Below are positions 15,001 through 30,000 of a stretch of 64,000 nt of DNA, piece after piece. A program made the position numbers and the translations under genes. The notes beneath the pieces are model-generated. The model made no database searches. It had not been told where the DNA came from and saw only the letters and a list, made by a program, of their open reading frames with translations. How positions within the stretch are numbered: position 1 is the first letter of the stretch; every line of letters starts with the position of its first letter. Origin of the DNA: Eledone cirrhosa (lineage: Eukaryota). The DNA lies in the NCBI GenBank assembly GCA_964016885.1, contig OZ024741.1:403496001-403560000 (forward strand), in the 5' to 3' direction.

Positions 15001-18000
15001 ACTATCTTTAACCCAGGTAGGGACTACTATCTTCAACCCAGGTAGTGACTACTACCTTTAACCCAGGTAGTGACTACTATCTTTAACCCAGGTAGTGACT
15101 ATCTTTCACCCAGGTAGTGACTACTATCTTTAACCCAGGTAGTGACTACTATCTTTAACCCAGGTAGTGACTACTATCTTTAACCCAGGTAGTGACTACT
15201 ATCTTTAACCAAGGTAGGGACTTCTATCTTTAACCCAGGTAGTGACTACTATCTTTAACCCAGGTAGTGACTACTATCTTTAACCCAAGTAGGGACTACT
15301 ATCTTTAACCCAGGTAGGGACTATCTTTAACCCAGGTAGGGACTACTATCTTTAACCCAGGTAGTGACTACTATCTTTAACCCAGGTAGTGACTACTATC
15401 TTTAACCCAAGTAGGGACTACTATCTTTAACCCAGGTAGTGACTACTATCTTTAACCCAGGTAGGGACTACTATCTTTAACCCAGGTAGTGACTACTATC
15501 TTTAACCCAGGTAGGGACTACTATCTTTAACCAAGGTAGGGACTTCTATCTTTAACCCAGGTAGTGACTACTATCTTTAACCCAGGTAGTGACTACTATC
15601 TTTAACCCAGGTAGGGACTTCTATCTTTAACCCAGGTAGTGACTACTATCTTTAACCCAAGTAGGGACTACTATCTTTAACCCAGGTAGGGACTACTATC
15701 TTTAACCCAGGTAATGACTATCTTTAACCCAGGTAGGGACTACTATCTTTAACCCAGGTAGGGACTACTATCTTTAACCAAGGTAGGGACTACTATCTTT
15801 AACCCAGGTAGGGACTACTACCTTTAACCCAGGTAGTGACTACTATCTTTAACCCAAGTAGTGACTACTATCTTTAACCCAAGTAGGGACTACTATCTTT
15901 AACCCTGGTAGTGACTACTATCTTTAACCCAGGTATGGACTACTATCTTTAACCCAGGTAGTGACTACTATCTTTAACCCAGGTAGGGACTACTATCTTT
16001 AACCCAGGTATCGACTACTATCTTTAACCCAGGTAGTGACTACTATCTTTAACCCAGGTAGTGACTACTATCTTTAACCCAGGTAGTGACTACTATCTTT
16101 AACCCAGGTAGGGACTACTATCTTTAACCCAGGTAGGGACTACTATATTTAACCCAGGTAGTGACTACTATCTTAAACCCTGGTAGTGACTACTATCTTT
16201 AACCCTGGTATGGACTACTATCTTTAACCCAGGTAGGGACTACTATCTTTAACCCAGATAGTGACTACTATCTTTAACCCAGGTAGTGACTATCTTTAAC
16301 CCAGGTAGTGACTACTATCTTTAACCCAGGTAGTGACTATCTTTAACCCAGGTAGGGACTACTATCTTTAACCCAGGTAGTGACTATCTTTAACCCAGGT
16401 AGTGACTACTATCTTTAACCCAGGTAGTGACTACTATCTTTAACCCAGATAGTGACTACTATCTTTAACCCAGGTAGTGACTACTATCTTTAACCCAGAT
16501 AGTGACTACTATCTTTAACCCAGGTAGTGACTACTATCTTTAACCCAGGTAGTGACTACTATCTTTAACCCAGATAGTGACTACTATCTTTAACCCAGGT
16601 AGTGACTACTATCTTTAACCCAGGTAGTGACTACTATCTTTAACCCAGGTAGTGACTACTATCTTTAACCCAGGTAGTGACTACTATCTTTAACCCAAGT
16701 AGGGACTACTATCTTTAACCCAGGTAGTGACTAATATCTTTAACCCAGGTAGTGACTACTATCTTTAACCCAGGTAGTGACTACTATCTTTAACCCAGGT
16801 AGTGACTACTATCTTTAACCCAGGTAGTGACTACTATCTTTAACCCAGGTAGTGACTACTATCTTTAACCCAGATAGTGACTACTATCTTTAACCCAGGT
16901 AGTGACTACTATCTTTAACCCAGATAGTGACTACTATCTTTAACCCAGGTAGTGACTACTATCTTTAACCCAGGTAGTGACTACTATCTTTAACCCAGGT
17001 AGTGACTACTATCTTTAACCCAGGTAGGGACTACTACCTTTAACCCAGGTAGTGACTACTATCTTTAACCCAGGTAGTGACTACTATCTTTAACCCAGGT
17101 AGGGACTACTATCTTTAACCCAGGTAGTGACTACTATCTTTAACCCAGGTATCGACTACTATCTTTAACCCAGGTAGTGACTTCTATCTTTAACCCAGGT
17201 AGTGACTACTATCTTTAACCCAAGTAGGGACTACTATCTTTAACCCAGGTAGGGACTACTATCTTTAACCCAGGTAGTGACTACTATCTTTAACCCAGGT
17301 ATCGACTACTATCTTTAACCCAGGTAGTGACTACTATCTTTAACCCAGGTAGGGACTTCTATCTTTAACCCAGGTAGGGACTATCTTTAACCCAGGTAGG
17401 GACTACTATCTTTAACCCAGGTAGGGACTTCTATCTTTAACCCAGGTAGGGACTATCTTTAACCCAGGTAGGGACTACTATCTTTAACCCAGGTAGTGAC
17501 TACTATCTTTAACCCAGGTAGTGACTATCTTTAACTCAGGTAGTGACTACTATCTTTAACCCAGGTAGGGACTACTATCTTTAACCCAGGTAGGGACTAC
17601 TATCTTTAACCCAGGTAGGGACTACTATCTTTAACCCAGGTAGTGACTACTATCTTTAACCCAGGTAGTGACTACTATCTTTAACCCAGGTAGTGACTAC
17701 TATCTTTAACCCAGGTAGTGACTACTATCTTTAACCCAGGTAGGGACTACTATCTTTAACCCAGGTAGGGACTTCTATCTTTAACCCAGGTAGGGACTAC
17801 TATCTTTAACCCAGGTAGTGACTACTATCTTTAACCCAGGTAGGGACTTCTATCTTTAACCCAGGTAGTGACTATCTTTAACCCAGGTAGTGACTACTAT
17901 CTTTAACCCAGGTATCGACTACTATCTTTAACCCAGGTAGGGACTACTATCTTTAACCCAGGTAGTGACTATCTTTAACCCAGGTAGTGACTACTATCTT

Positions 18001-21000
18001 TAACCCAGGTATCGACTACTATCTTTAACCCAGGTAGCGACTACTATCTTTAACCCAGGTAGTGACTTCTATCTTTAACCCAGGTAGTGACTACTATCTT
18101 TAACCCAGGTATCGACTACTATCTTTAACCCAGGTAGGGACTACTATCTTTAACCCAGGTAGTGACTACTATCTTTAACCCAGGTAGTGACTACTATCTT
18201 TAACCCAGGTAGGGACTACTATCTTTAACCCAGGTAGGGACTTCTATCTTTAACCCAGGTAGGGACTACTATCTTTAACCCAGGTAGTGACTACTATCTT
18301 TAACCCAGGTAGGGACTACTATCTTTAACCCAGGTAGGGACTACTATCTTTAACCCAGGTAGGGACTTCTATCTTTAACCCAGGTAGGGACTTCTATCTT
18401 TAACCCAGATAGTGACTATCTTTAACCCAGGTAGTGACTACTATCTTTAACCCAGGTAGTGACTACTATCTTTAACCCAGGTAGTGACTACTATCTTTAA
18501 CCCAGGTAGTGACTACTATCTTTAACCCAGATAGTGACTACTATCTTTAACCCAGGTAGTGACTACTATCTTTAACCCAGATAGTGACTACTATCTTTAA
18601 CCCAGGTAGTGACTACTATCTTTAACCCAGATAGTGACTACTATCTTTAACCCAGGTAGTGACTACTATCTTTAACCCAGGTAGGGACTACTACCTTTAA
18701 CCCAGGTAGTGACTACTATCTTTAACCCAGGTAGTGACTACTATCTTTAACCCAGGTAGGGACTACTATCTTTAACCCAGGTAGTGACTACTATCTTTAA
18801 CCCAGGTATCGACTACTATCTTTAACCCAGGTAGTGACTTCTATCTTTAACCCAGGTAGTGACTACTATCTTTAACCCAAGTAGGGACTACTATCTTTAA
18901 CCCAGGTAGGGACTACTATCTTTAACCCAGGTAGTGACTACTATCTTTAACCCAGGTATCGACTACTATCTTTAACCCAGGTAGTGACTACTATCTTTAA
19001 CCCAGGTAGGGACTTCTATCTTTAACCCAGGTAGGGACTATCTTTAACCCAGGTAGGGACTACTATCTTTAACCCAGGTAGGGACTTCTATCTTTAACCC
19101 AGGTAGGGACTATCTTTAACCCAGGTAGGGACTACTATCTTTAACCCAGGTAGTGACTACTATCTTTAACCCAGGTAGTGACTATCTTTAACTCAGGTAG
19201 TGACTACTATCTTTAACCCAGGTAGGGACTACTATCTTTAACCCAGGTAGGGACTACTATCTTTAACCCAGGTAGGGACTACTATCTTTAACCCAGGTAG
19301 TGACTACTATCTTTAACCCAGGTAGTGACTACTATCTTTAACCCAGGTAGTGACTACTATCTTTAACCCAGGTAGTGACTACTATCTTTAACCCAGGTAG
19401 GGACTACTATATTTAACCCAGGTAGGGACTTCTATCTTTAACCCAGGTAGGGACTACTATCTTTAACCCAGGTAGTGACTACTATCTTTAACCCAGGTAG
19501 GGACTTCTATCTTTAACCCAGGTAGTGACTATCTTTAACCCAGGTAGTGACTACTATCTTTAACCCAGGTATCGACTACTATCTTTAACCCAGGTAGGGA
19601 CTACTATCTTTAACCCAGGTAGTGACTATCTTTAACCCAGGTAGTGACTACTATCTTTAACCCAGGTATCGACTACTATCTTTAACCCAGGTAGGGACTA
19701 CTATCTTTAACCCAGGTAGTGACTTCTATCTTTAACCCAGGTAGTGACTACTATCTTTAACCCAGGTATCGACTACTATCTTTAACCCAGGTAGGGACTA
19801 CTATCTTTAACCCAGGTAGTGACTACTATCTTTAACCCAGGTAGTGACTACTATCTTTAACCCAGGTAGGGACTACTATCTTTAACCCAGGTAGGGACTT
19901 CTATCTTTAACCCAGGTAGGGACTACTATCTTTAACCCAGGTAGTGACTACTATCTTTAACCCAGGTAGGGACTACTATCTTTAACCCAGGTAGGGACTA
20001 CTATCTTTAACCCAGGTAGGGACTTCTATCTTTAACCCAGGTAGGGACTTCTATCTTTAACCCAGGTAGTGACTATCTTTAACCCAGGTAGTGACTACTA
20101 TCTTTAACCCAGGTATCGACTACTATCTTTAACCCAGGTAGGGACTACTATCTTAAACCCAGGTAGTGACTACTATCTTTAACCCAGGTATCGACTACTA
20201 TCTTTAACCCAGGTAGTGACTTCTATCTTTAACCCAGGTAGTGACTACTATCTTTAACCCAAGTAGGGACTACTATCTTTAACCCAGGTAGTGACTACTA
20301 TCTTTAACCCAGGTATCGACTACTATCTTTAACCCAGGTAGTGACTACTATCTTTAACCCAGGTAGGGACTTCTATCTTTAACCCAGGTAGGGACTATCT
20401 TTAACCCAGGTAGGGACTACTATCTTTAACCCAGGTAGGGACTTCTATCTTTAACCCAGGTAGGGACTATCTTTAACCCAGGTAGGGACTACTATCTTTA
20501 ACCCAGGTAGTGACTACTATCTTTAACCCAGGTAGTGACTATCTTTAACTCAGGTAGTGACTACTATCTTTAACCCAGGTAGGGACTACTATCTTTAACC
20601 CAGGTAGGGACTACTATCTTTAACCCAGGTAGGGACTACTATCTTTAACCCAGGTAGTGACTACTATCTTTAACCCAGGTAGTGACTACTATCTTTAACC
20701 CAGGTAGTGACTACTATCTTTAACCCAGGTAGTGACTACTATCTTTAACCCAGGTAGGGACTACTATCTTTAACCCAGGTAGGGACTTCTATCTTTAACC
20801 CAGGTAGGGACTACTATCTTTAACCCAGGTAGTGACTACTATCTTTAACCCAGGTAGGGACTTCTATCTTTAACCCAGGTAGTGACTATCTTTAACCCAG
20901 GTAGTGACTACTATCTTTAACCCAGGTATCGACTACTATCTTTAACCCAGGTAGGGACTACTATCTTTAACCCAGGTAGTGACTATCTTTAACCCAGGTA

Positions 21001-24000
21001 GTGACTACTATCTTTAACCCAGGTATCGACTACTATCTTTAACCCAGGTAGGGACTACTATCTTTAACCCAGGTAGTGACTTCTATCTTTAACCCAGGTA
21101 GTGACTACTATCTTTAACCCAGGTATCGACTACTATCTTTAACCCAGGTAGGGACTACTATCTTTAACCCAGGTAGTGACTACTATCTTTAACCCAGGTA
21201 GTGACTATTATCTTTAACCCAGGTAGGGACTACTATCTTTAACCCAGGTAGGGACTTCTATCTTTAACCCAGGTAGGGACTACTATCTTTAACCCAGGTA
21301 GTGACTACTATCTTTAACCCAGGTAGGGACTACTATCTTTAACCCAGGTAGGGACTACTATCTTTAACCCAGGTAGGGACTTCTATCTTTAACCCAGGTA
21401 GGGACTTCTATCTTTAACCCAGGTAGTGACTATCTTTAACCCAGGTAGTGACTACTATCTTTAACCCAGGTATCGACTACTATCTTTAACCCAGGTAGGG
21501 ACTACTATCTTTAACCCAGGTATCGACTACTATCTTTAACCCAGGTAGGGACTACTATCTTTAACCCAGGTAGGGACTACTATCTTTAACCCAGGTAGGG
21601 ACTTCTATCTTTAACCCAGGTAGTGACTATCTTTAACCCACGTAGTGACTACTATCTTTAACCCAGGTATCGACTACTATCTTTAACCCAGGTAGGGACT
21701 ACTATCTTTAACCCAGGTAGTGACTATCTTTAACCCAGGTAGTGACTACTATCTTTAACCCAGGTATCGACTACTATCTTTAACCCAGGTAGGGACTACT
21801 ATCTTTAACCCAGGTAGTGTCTATCTTTAACCCAGGTAGTGACTACTATCTTTAACCCAGGTATCGACTACTATCTTTAACCCAGGTAGGGACTACTATC
21901 TTTAACCCAGGTAGTGACTACTATCTTTAACCCAGGTAGTGACTACTATCTTTAACCCAGGTAGGGACTACTATCTTTAACCCAGGTAGGGACTTCTATC
22001 TTTAACCCAGGTAGGGACTACTATCTTTAACCCAGGTAGTGACTACTATCTTTAACCCAGGTAGGGACTTCTATCTTTAACCCAGGTAGTGACTATCTTT
22101 AACCCAGGTAGTGACTACTATCTTTAACCCAGGTATCGACTACTATCTTTAACCCAGGTAGGGACTACTATCTTTAACCCAGGTAGTGACTATCTTTAAC
22201 CCAGGTAGTGACTACTATCTTTAACCCAGGTATCGACTACTATCTTTAACCCAGGTAGGGACTACTATCTTTAACCCAGGTAGTGACTATCTTTAACCCA
22301 GGTAGTGACTACTATCTTTAACCCAGGTATCGACTACTATCTTTAACCCAGGTAGGGACTACTATCTTTAACCCAGGTAGTGACTACTATCTTTAACCCA
22401 GGTAGTGACTACTATCTTTAACCCAGGTAGGGACTACTATCTTTAACCCAGGTAGGGACTTCTATCTTTAACCCAGGTAGGGACTACTATCTTTAACCCA
22501 GGTAGTGACTACTATCTTTAACCCAGGTAGGGACTTCTATCTTTAACCCAGGTAGTGACTATCTTTAACCCAGATAGTGACTACTATCTTTAACCCAGGT
22601 ATCGACTACTATCTTTAACCCAGGTAGGGACTACTATCTTTAACCCAGGTAGTGACTATCTTTAACCCAGGTAGTGACTACTATCTTTAACCCAGGTATC
22701 GACTACTATCTTTAACCCAGGTAGGGACTACTATCTTTAACCCAGGTAGTGACTATCTTTAACCCAGGTAGTGACTACTATCTTTAACCCAGGTATCGAC
22801 TACTATCTTTAACCCAGGTAGGGACTACTATCTTTAACCCAGGTAGTGACTACTATCTTTAACCCAGGCAGTGACTACTATCTTTAACCCAGGTAGGGAC
22901 TACTATCTTTAACCCAGGTAGGGACTTCTATCTTTAACCCAGGTAGGGACTACTATCTTTAACCCAGGTAGTGACTACTATCGTTAACCCAGGTAGGGAC
23001 TTCTATCTTTAACCCAGGTAGTGACTATCTTTAACCCAGGTAGTGACTACTATCTTTAACCCAGGTATCGACTACTATCTTTAACCCAGGTAGGGACTAC
23101 TATCTTTAACCCAGGTAGTGACTATCTTTAACCCAGGTAGTGACTACTATCTTTAACCCAGGTATCGACTACTATCTTTAACCCAGGTAGGGACTACTAT
23201 CTTTAACCCAGGTAGTGACTATCTTTAACCCAGGTAGTGACTACTATCATTAACCAAGGTATCGACTACTATCTTTAACCCAGGTAGGGACTACTATCTT
23301 TAACCCAGGTAGTGACTACTATCTTTAACCCAGGTAGGGACTACTATCTTTAACCCAGGTATCGACTACTATCTTTAACCCAGGTAGGGACTACTATCTT
23401 TAACCCAGTTAGTGACTACTATCTTTAACCCAGGTAGGGACTACTATCTTTAACCCAGGTAGGGACTACTATCTTTAACCCAGGTAGTGACTACTATCTT
23501 TAACCCAGGTAGGGACTACTATCTTTAACCCAGGTAGTGACTACTATATTTAACCCAGGTAGGGACTACTATCTTTAACCCAGGTATCGACTACTATCTT
23601 TAACCCAGGTAGGGACTACTATCTTTAACCCAGGTAGTGACTACTATCTTTAACCCAGGTAGGGACTACTATCTTTAACCCAGGTAGGGACTACTATCTT
23701 TAACCCAGGTATCGACTACTATCTTTAACCCAGGTAGGGACTACTATCTTTAACCCAGGTAGTGACTACTATCTTTAACCCAGGTAGGGACTACTATCTT
23801 TAACCCAGGTAGTGACTACTATCTTTAACCCAGGTAGGGACTACTATCTTTAACCCAGGTAGGGACTACTATCTTTAACCCAGGTAGGGACTTCTATCTT
23901 TAACCCAGGTATCGACTACTATCTTTAACCCAGGTAGGGACTACTATCTTTAACCCAGGTAGGGACTACTATCTTTAACCCAGGTATCGACTACTATCTT

Positions 24001-27000
24001 TAACCCAGGTATCGACTACTATCTTTAACCCAGGTAGGGACTACTATCTTTAACCCAGGTAGGGACTACTATCTTTAACCCAGGTATCGACTACTATCTT
24101 TAACCCAGGTATCGACTACTATCTTTAACCCAGGTAGGGACTACTATCTTTAACCCAGGTAGGGACTACTATCTTTAACCCAGGTAGTGACTACTATCTT
24201 TAACCCAGTTAGGGACTACTATCTTTAACCCAGGTAGGGACTACTATCTTTAACCCAGGTAGGGACTTCTATCTTTAACCCAGGTATCGACTACTATCTT
24301 TAACCCAGGTAGGGACTACTATCTTTAACCCAGGTAGTGACTACTATCTTTAACCCAGTTAGGGACTACTATCTTTAACCCAGGTAGGGACTACTATCTT
24401 TAACCCAGGTAGGGACTTCTATCTTTAACCCAGGTATCGACTACTATCTTTAACCCAGGTAGGGACTACTATCTTTAACCCAAGTAGTGACTACTATCTT
24501 TAACCCAGATAGTGACTACTATCTTTAACCCAGGTAGGGACTACTATCTTTAACCCAGGTAGTGACTACTATCTTTAACCCAGGTAGGGACTACTATCTT
24601 TAACCCAGGTAGGGACTACTATCTTTAACCCAGGTAGGGACTACTATCTTTAACCCAGGTAGGGACTACTATCTTTAACCCTGGTAGGGACTACTATCTT
24701 TAACCCTGGTAGGGACTACTATCTTTAACCCAGGTAGGGACTACTATCTTTAACCCAGGTAGGCACTACAGGGACTACTATCTTTAACCCAGGTAGGGAC
24801 TACTATCTTTAACCCAGGTATCGACTACTATCTTTAACCCAGGTAGGGACTACTATCTTTAACCCAGGTAGTGACTACTATCTTTAACCCAGGTAGGGAC
24901 TACTATCTTTAACCCTGGTAGTGACTACTATCTTTAACCCAGGTAGTGACTACTACCTTTAACCCAGGTAGGGACTTCTATCTTTAACCCAGGTATCGAC
25001 TACTATCTTTAACCCAGGTAGGGACTATTATCTTTAACCCAGGTAGGGACTACTATCTTTAACCCAGGTAGGGACTACTATCTTTAACCCAGGTAGGGAC
25101 TACTATCTTTAACCCAGGTAGGGACTACTATCTTTAACCCAGTTAGGGACTACTATCTTTAACCCAGGTAGGGACTACTATCTTTAACCCAGGTAGGGAC
25201 TTCTATCTTTAACCCAGGTATCGACTACTATCTTTAACCCAGGTAGGGACTACTATCTTTAACCCAGGTAGTGACTACTATCTTTAACCCAGTTAGGGAC
25301 TACTATCTTTAACCCAGGTAGGGACTACTATCTTTAACCCAGTTAGGGACTACTATCTTTAACCCAGGTAGGGACTACTATCTTTAACCCAGGTAGGGAC
25401 TTCTATCTTTAACCCAGTTATCGACTACTATCTTTAACCCAGGTAGGGACTACTATCTTTAACCCAGGTAGTGACTACTATCTTTAACCCAGTTAGGGAC
25501 TACTATCTTTAACCCAGGTAGGGACTACTATCTTTAACCCAGGTAGGGACTTCTATCTTTAACCCAGGTATCGACTACTATCTTTAACCCAGGTAGGGAC
25601 TACTATCTTTAACCCAGGTAGTGACTACTATCTTTAACCCAGGTAGGGACTACTACCTTTAACCCAGGTAGGGACTTCTATCTTTAACCCAGGTATCGAC
25701 TACTACCTTTAACCCAGGTAGGGACTACTATCTTTAACCCAGTTAGGGACTACTATCTTTAACCCAGGTAGGGACTACTATCTTTAACCCAGGTAGTGAC
25801 TACTATCTTTAACCCAGGTAGGGACTACTATCTTTAACCCAGGTAGGGACTACTATCTTTAACCCAGGTAGGGACTTCTATCTTTAACCCAGGTATCGAC
25901 TACTATCTTTAACCCAGGTAGGGACTACTATCTTTAACCCAGGTAGGGACTACTATCTTTAACCCAGGTAGGGACTACTATCTTTAACCCAGGTAGGGAC
26001 TACTATCTTTAACCCAGGTAGGGACTACTATCTTTAACCCTGGTAGGGACTACTATCTTTAACCCTGGTAGGGACTACTATCTTTAACCCAGGTAGGGAC
26101 TACTATCTTTAACCCAGGTAGGGACTACAGGGACTACTATCTTTAACCCAGGTAGGGACTACTATCTTTAACCCAGGTATCGACTACTATCTTTAACCCA
26201 TGTAGGGACTACTATCTTTAACCCAGGTAGTGACTACTATCTTTAACCCAGGTAGGGACTACTATCTTTAACCCAGGTAGTGACTACTATCTTTAACCCA
26301 GGTAGTGACTACTACCTTTAACCCAGGTAGGGACTTCTATCTTTAACCCAGGTATCGACTACTATCTTTAACCCAGGTAGGGACTATTATCTTTAACCCA
26401 GGTAGGGACTACTATCTTTAACCCAGGTAGGGACTACTATCTTTAACCCAGGTAGTGACTACTATCTTTAACCCAGGTAGGGACTACTATCTTTAACCCA
26501 GGTAGGGACTACTATCTTTAACCCAGGTAGGGACTACTATCTTTAACCCAGGTAGGGACTTCTATCTTTAACCCAGGTATCGACTACTATCTGTAACCCA
26601 GGTAGGGACTACTATCTTTAAACCAGGTAGGGACTACTATCTTTAACCCAGGTAGGGACTTCTATCTTTAACCCAGGTATCGACTACTATCTTTAACCCA
26701 GGTAGGGACTACTATCTTTAACCCAGGTAGGGACTACTATCTTTAACCCAGGTAGGGACTACTATCTTTAACCCAGGTATCGACTACTATCTTTAACCCA
26801 GGTAGGGACTACTATCTTTAACCCAGGTAGGGACTACTATCTTTAACCCAGGTAGGGACTACTATCTTTAACCCAGGTATCGACTACTATCTTTAACCCA
26901 GGTAGGGACTACTATCTTTAACCCAGGTAGGGACTACTATCTTTAACCCAGGTAGAGACTACTATCTTTAACCCAGGTATCGACTACTATCTTTAACCCA

Positions 27001-30000
27001 GGTAGGGACTACTATCTTTAACCCAGGTAGGGACTACTATCTTTAACCCAGGTAGGGACTTCTATCTTTAACCCAGGTATCGACTACTATCTTTAACCCA
27101 GGTAGGGACTACTATCTTTAACCCAGGTAGGGACTACTATCTTTAACCCAGGTAGGGACTACTATCTTTAACCCAGGTATCGACTACTATCTTTAACCCA
27201 GGTAGGGACTACTATCTTTAACCCAGGTAGTAACTACTATCTTTAACCCAGGTAGGGACTACTATCTTTAACCCAGGTAGTGACTACTATCTTTAACCCA
27301 GGTAGTGACTACTATCTTTAACCCAGGTAGGGACTACTATCTTTAACCCAGGTAGTGACTACTATCTTTAACCCAGGTAGTGACTACTATCTTTAACCCA
27401 GGTAGTGACTACTATCTTTAACCCAGGTAGGGACTACTATCTTTAACCCAGGTAGTGACTACTATCTTTAACCCAGGTAGGGACTACTATCTTTAACCCA
27501 GGTATCGACTACTATCTTTAACCCAGGTAGTGACTACTATCTTTAACCCAGGTAGGGACTTCTATCTTTAACCCAGGTATCGACTACTATCTTTAACCCA
27601 GGTAGTGACTATCTTTAACCCAGGTAGGGACTACTATCTTTAACCCAGGTAGTGACTACTACCTTTAACCCAGGTAGGGACTACTATCTTTAACCCAGGT
27701 AGTGACTACTATCTTTAACCCAGGTTGGGACTACTATCTTTAACCCAGGTAGGGACTACTATCTTTAACCCAGGTAGTGACTACTATCTTTAACCCAGGT
27801 AGTGACTATCTTTAACCCAGGTAGGGACTTCTATCTTTAACCCAGGTAGGGACTACTATCTTTAACCCAGGTAGGGACTACTATCTTTAACCCAGGTAGT
27901 GACTACTATCTTTAACCCAGGTAGGGACTACTATCTTTAACCCAGGTAGGGACTTCTATCTTTAACCCAGGTAGGGACTACTATCTTTAACCCAGGTAGG
28001 GACTACTATCTTTAACCCAGGTAGTGACAACTATCTTTAACCCAGGTAGTGACTATCTTTAACCCAGGTAGGGACTTCTATCTTTAACCCAGGTAGGGAC
28101 TACTATCTTTAACCAAGGTAGGGACTACTATCTTTAACCCAGGTAGGGACTACTACCTTTAACCCAGGTAGTGACTACTATCTTTAACCCAAGTAGTGAC
28201 TACTATCTTTAACCCAAGTAGGGACTACTATCTTTAACCCAGGTAGTGACTACTATCTTTAACCCAGGTAGGGACTACTATCTTTAACCCAGGTCGGGAC
28301 TACTATCTTTAACCCAGGTAGTGACTACTATCTTTAACCCAGGTAGGGACTTCTATCTTTAACCCAGGTAGTGACTACTATCTTTAACCCAGGTAGTGAC
28401 TACTATCTTTAACCCAGGTAGGGACTTCTATCTTTAACCCAGGTAGTGACTACTATCTTTAACCCAGGTAGGGACTACTATCTTTAACCCAAGTAGGGAC
28501 TAATATCTTTAACCCAGGTAGTGACTACTATCTTTAACCCAGGTAGTGACTACTATCTTTAACCCAGGTAGGGACTACTATCTTTAACCCAGGTAGGGAC
28601 TAATATCTTTAACCCAGGTAGTGACTACTATCTTTAACCAAGGTAGAGACTGCTATCTTTAACACAGGTAGTGACTACTATCTTTAACCCAGGTAGTGAC
28701 TACTATCTTTAACCCAGGTAGTGACTACTATCTTTAACCCAGGTAGGGACTACTATCTTTAACCCAGGTAGTGACTACTATCTTTAACCCAGGTAGGGAC
28801 TACTATCTTTAACCCAGGTAGGGACTACTATCTTTAACCCAGGTATCGACTACTATCTTTAACCCAGGTAGTGACTACTATCTTTAACCCAAGTAGTGAC
28901 TACTATCTTTAACCCAAGTAGGGACTACTATCTTTAACCCAGGTAGTGACTACTATCTTTAACCCAGGTAGTGACTACTATCTTTAACCCAGGTAGGGAC
29001 TTCTATCTTTAACCCAGGTAGTGACAACTATCTTTAACCCAGGTAGGGACTTCTATCTTTAACCCAGGTAGTGACTACTATCTTTAACCCAGGTAGGGAC
29101 TTCTATCTTTAACCCAGGTAGTGACTACTATCTTTAACCCAGGTAGTGACTACTATCTTTAACCCAGGTAGGGACTACTATCTTTAACCCAGGTAGTGAC
29201 TACTATCTTTAACCCAGGTAGGGACTTCTATCTTTAACCCAGGTAGTGACTACTATCTTTAACCCAGGTAGGGACTACTATCTTTAACCCAGGTAGTGAC
29301 TACTATCTTTAACCCAGGTAGGGACTTCTATCTTTAACCCAGGTAGTGACTACTATCTTTAACCCAGGTAGGGACTACTATCTTTAACCCTGGTAGTGAC
29401 TACTATCTTTAACCCAGGTAGTGACTTCTATTTTTAACCCAGGTAGTGACTACTATCTTTAACCCAGGTAGTGACTACTATCTTTAACCCAGGTAGGGAC
29501 TTCTATCTTTAACCCAGGTAGTGACTTCTATCTTTAACCCAGGTAGTGACTACTTTCTTTAACCCAGGTAGGGACTACTATCTTTAACCCAGGTAGTGAC
29601 TACTATCTTTAACCCAGGTAGGGACTACTATCTTTAATCCAGGTAGTGACTACTATCTTTAACCCAGGTAGTGACTACTATCTTTAACCCAGGTAGGGAC
29701 TATCTTTAACCCAGGTAGTGACTACTATCTTTAACCCAGGTAGGGACTATCTTTAACCCAGGTAGGGACTACTATCTTTAACCCAGGTAGTGACTACTAT
29801 CTTTAACCCAGGTAGGGACTACTATCTTTAACCCAGGTAGTGACTACTATCTTTAACCCAGGTAGTGACTACTATCTTTAACCCTGGTAGTGACTACTAT
29901 CTTTAACCCAGGTAGTGACTACTATCTTTAACCCAGGTAGTGACTACTATCTTTAACCCAGGTAGGGACTATCTTTAACCCAGGTAGGGACTACTATCTT

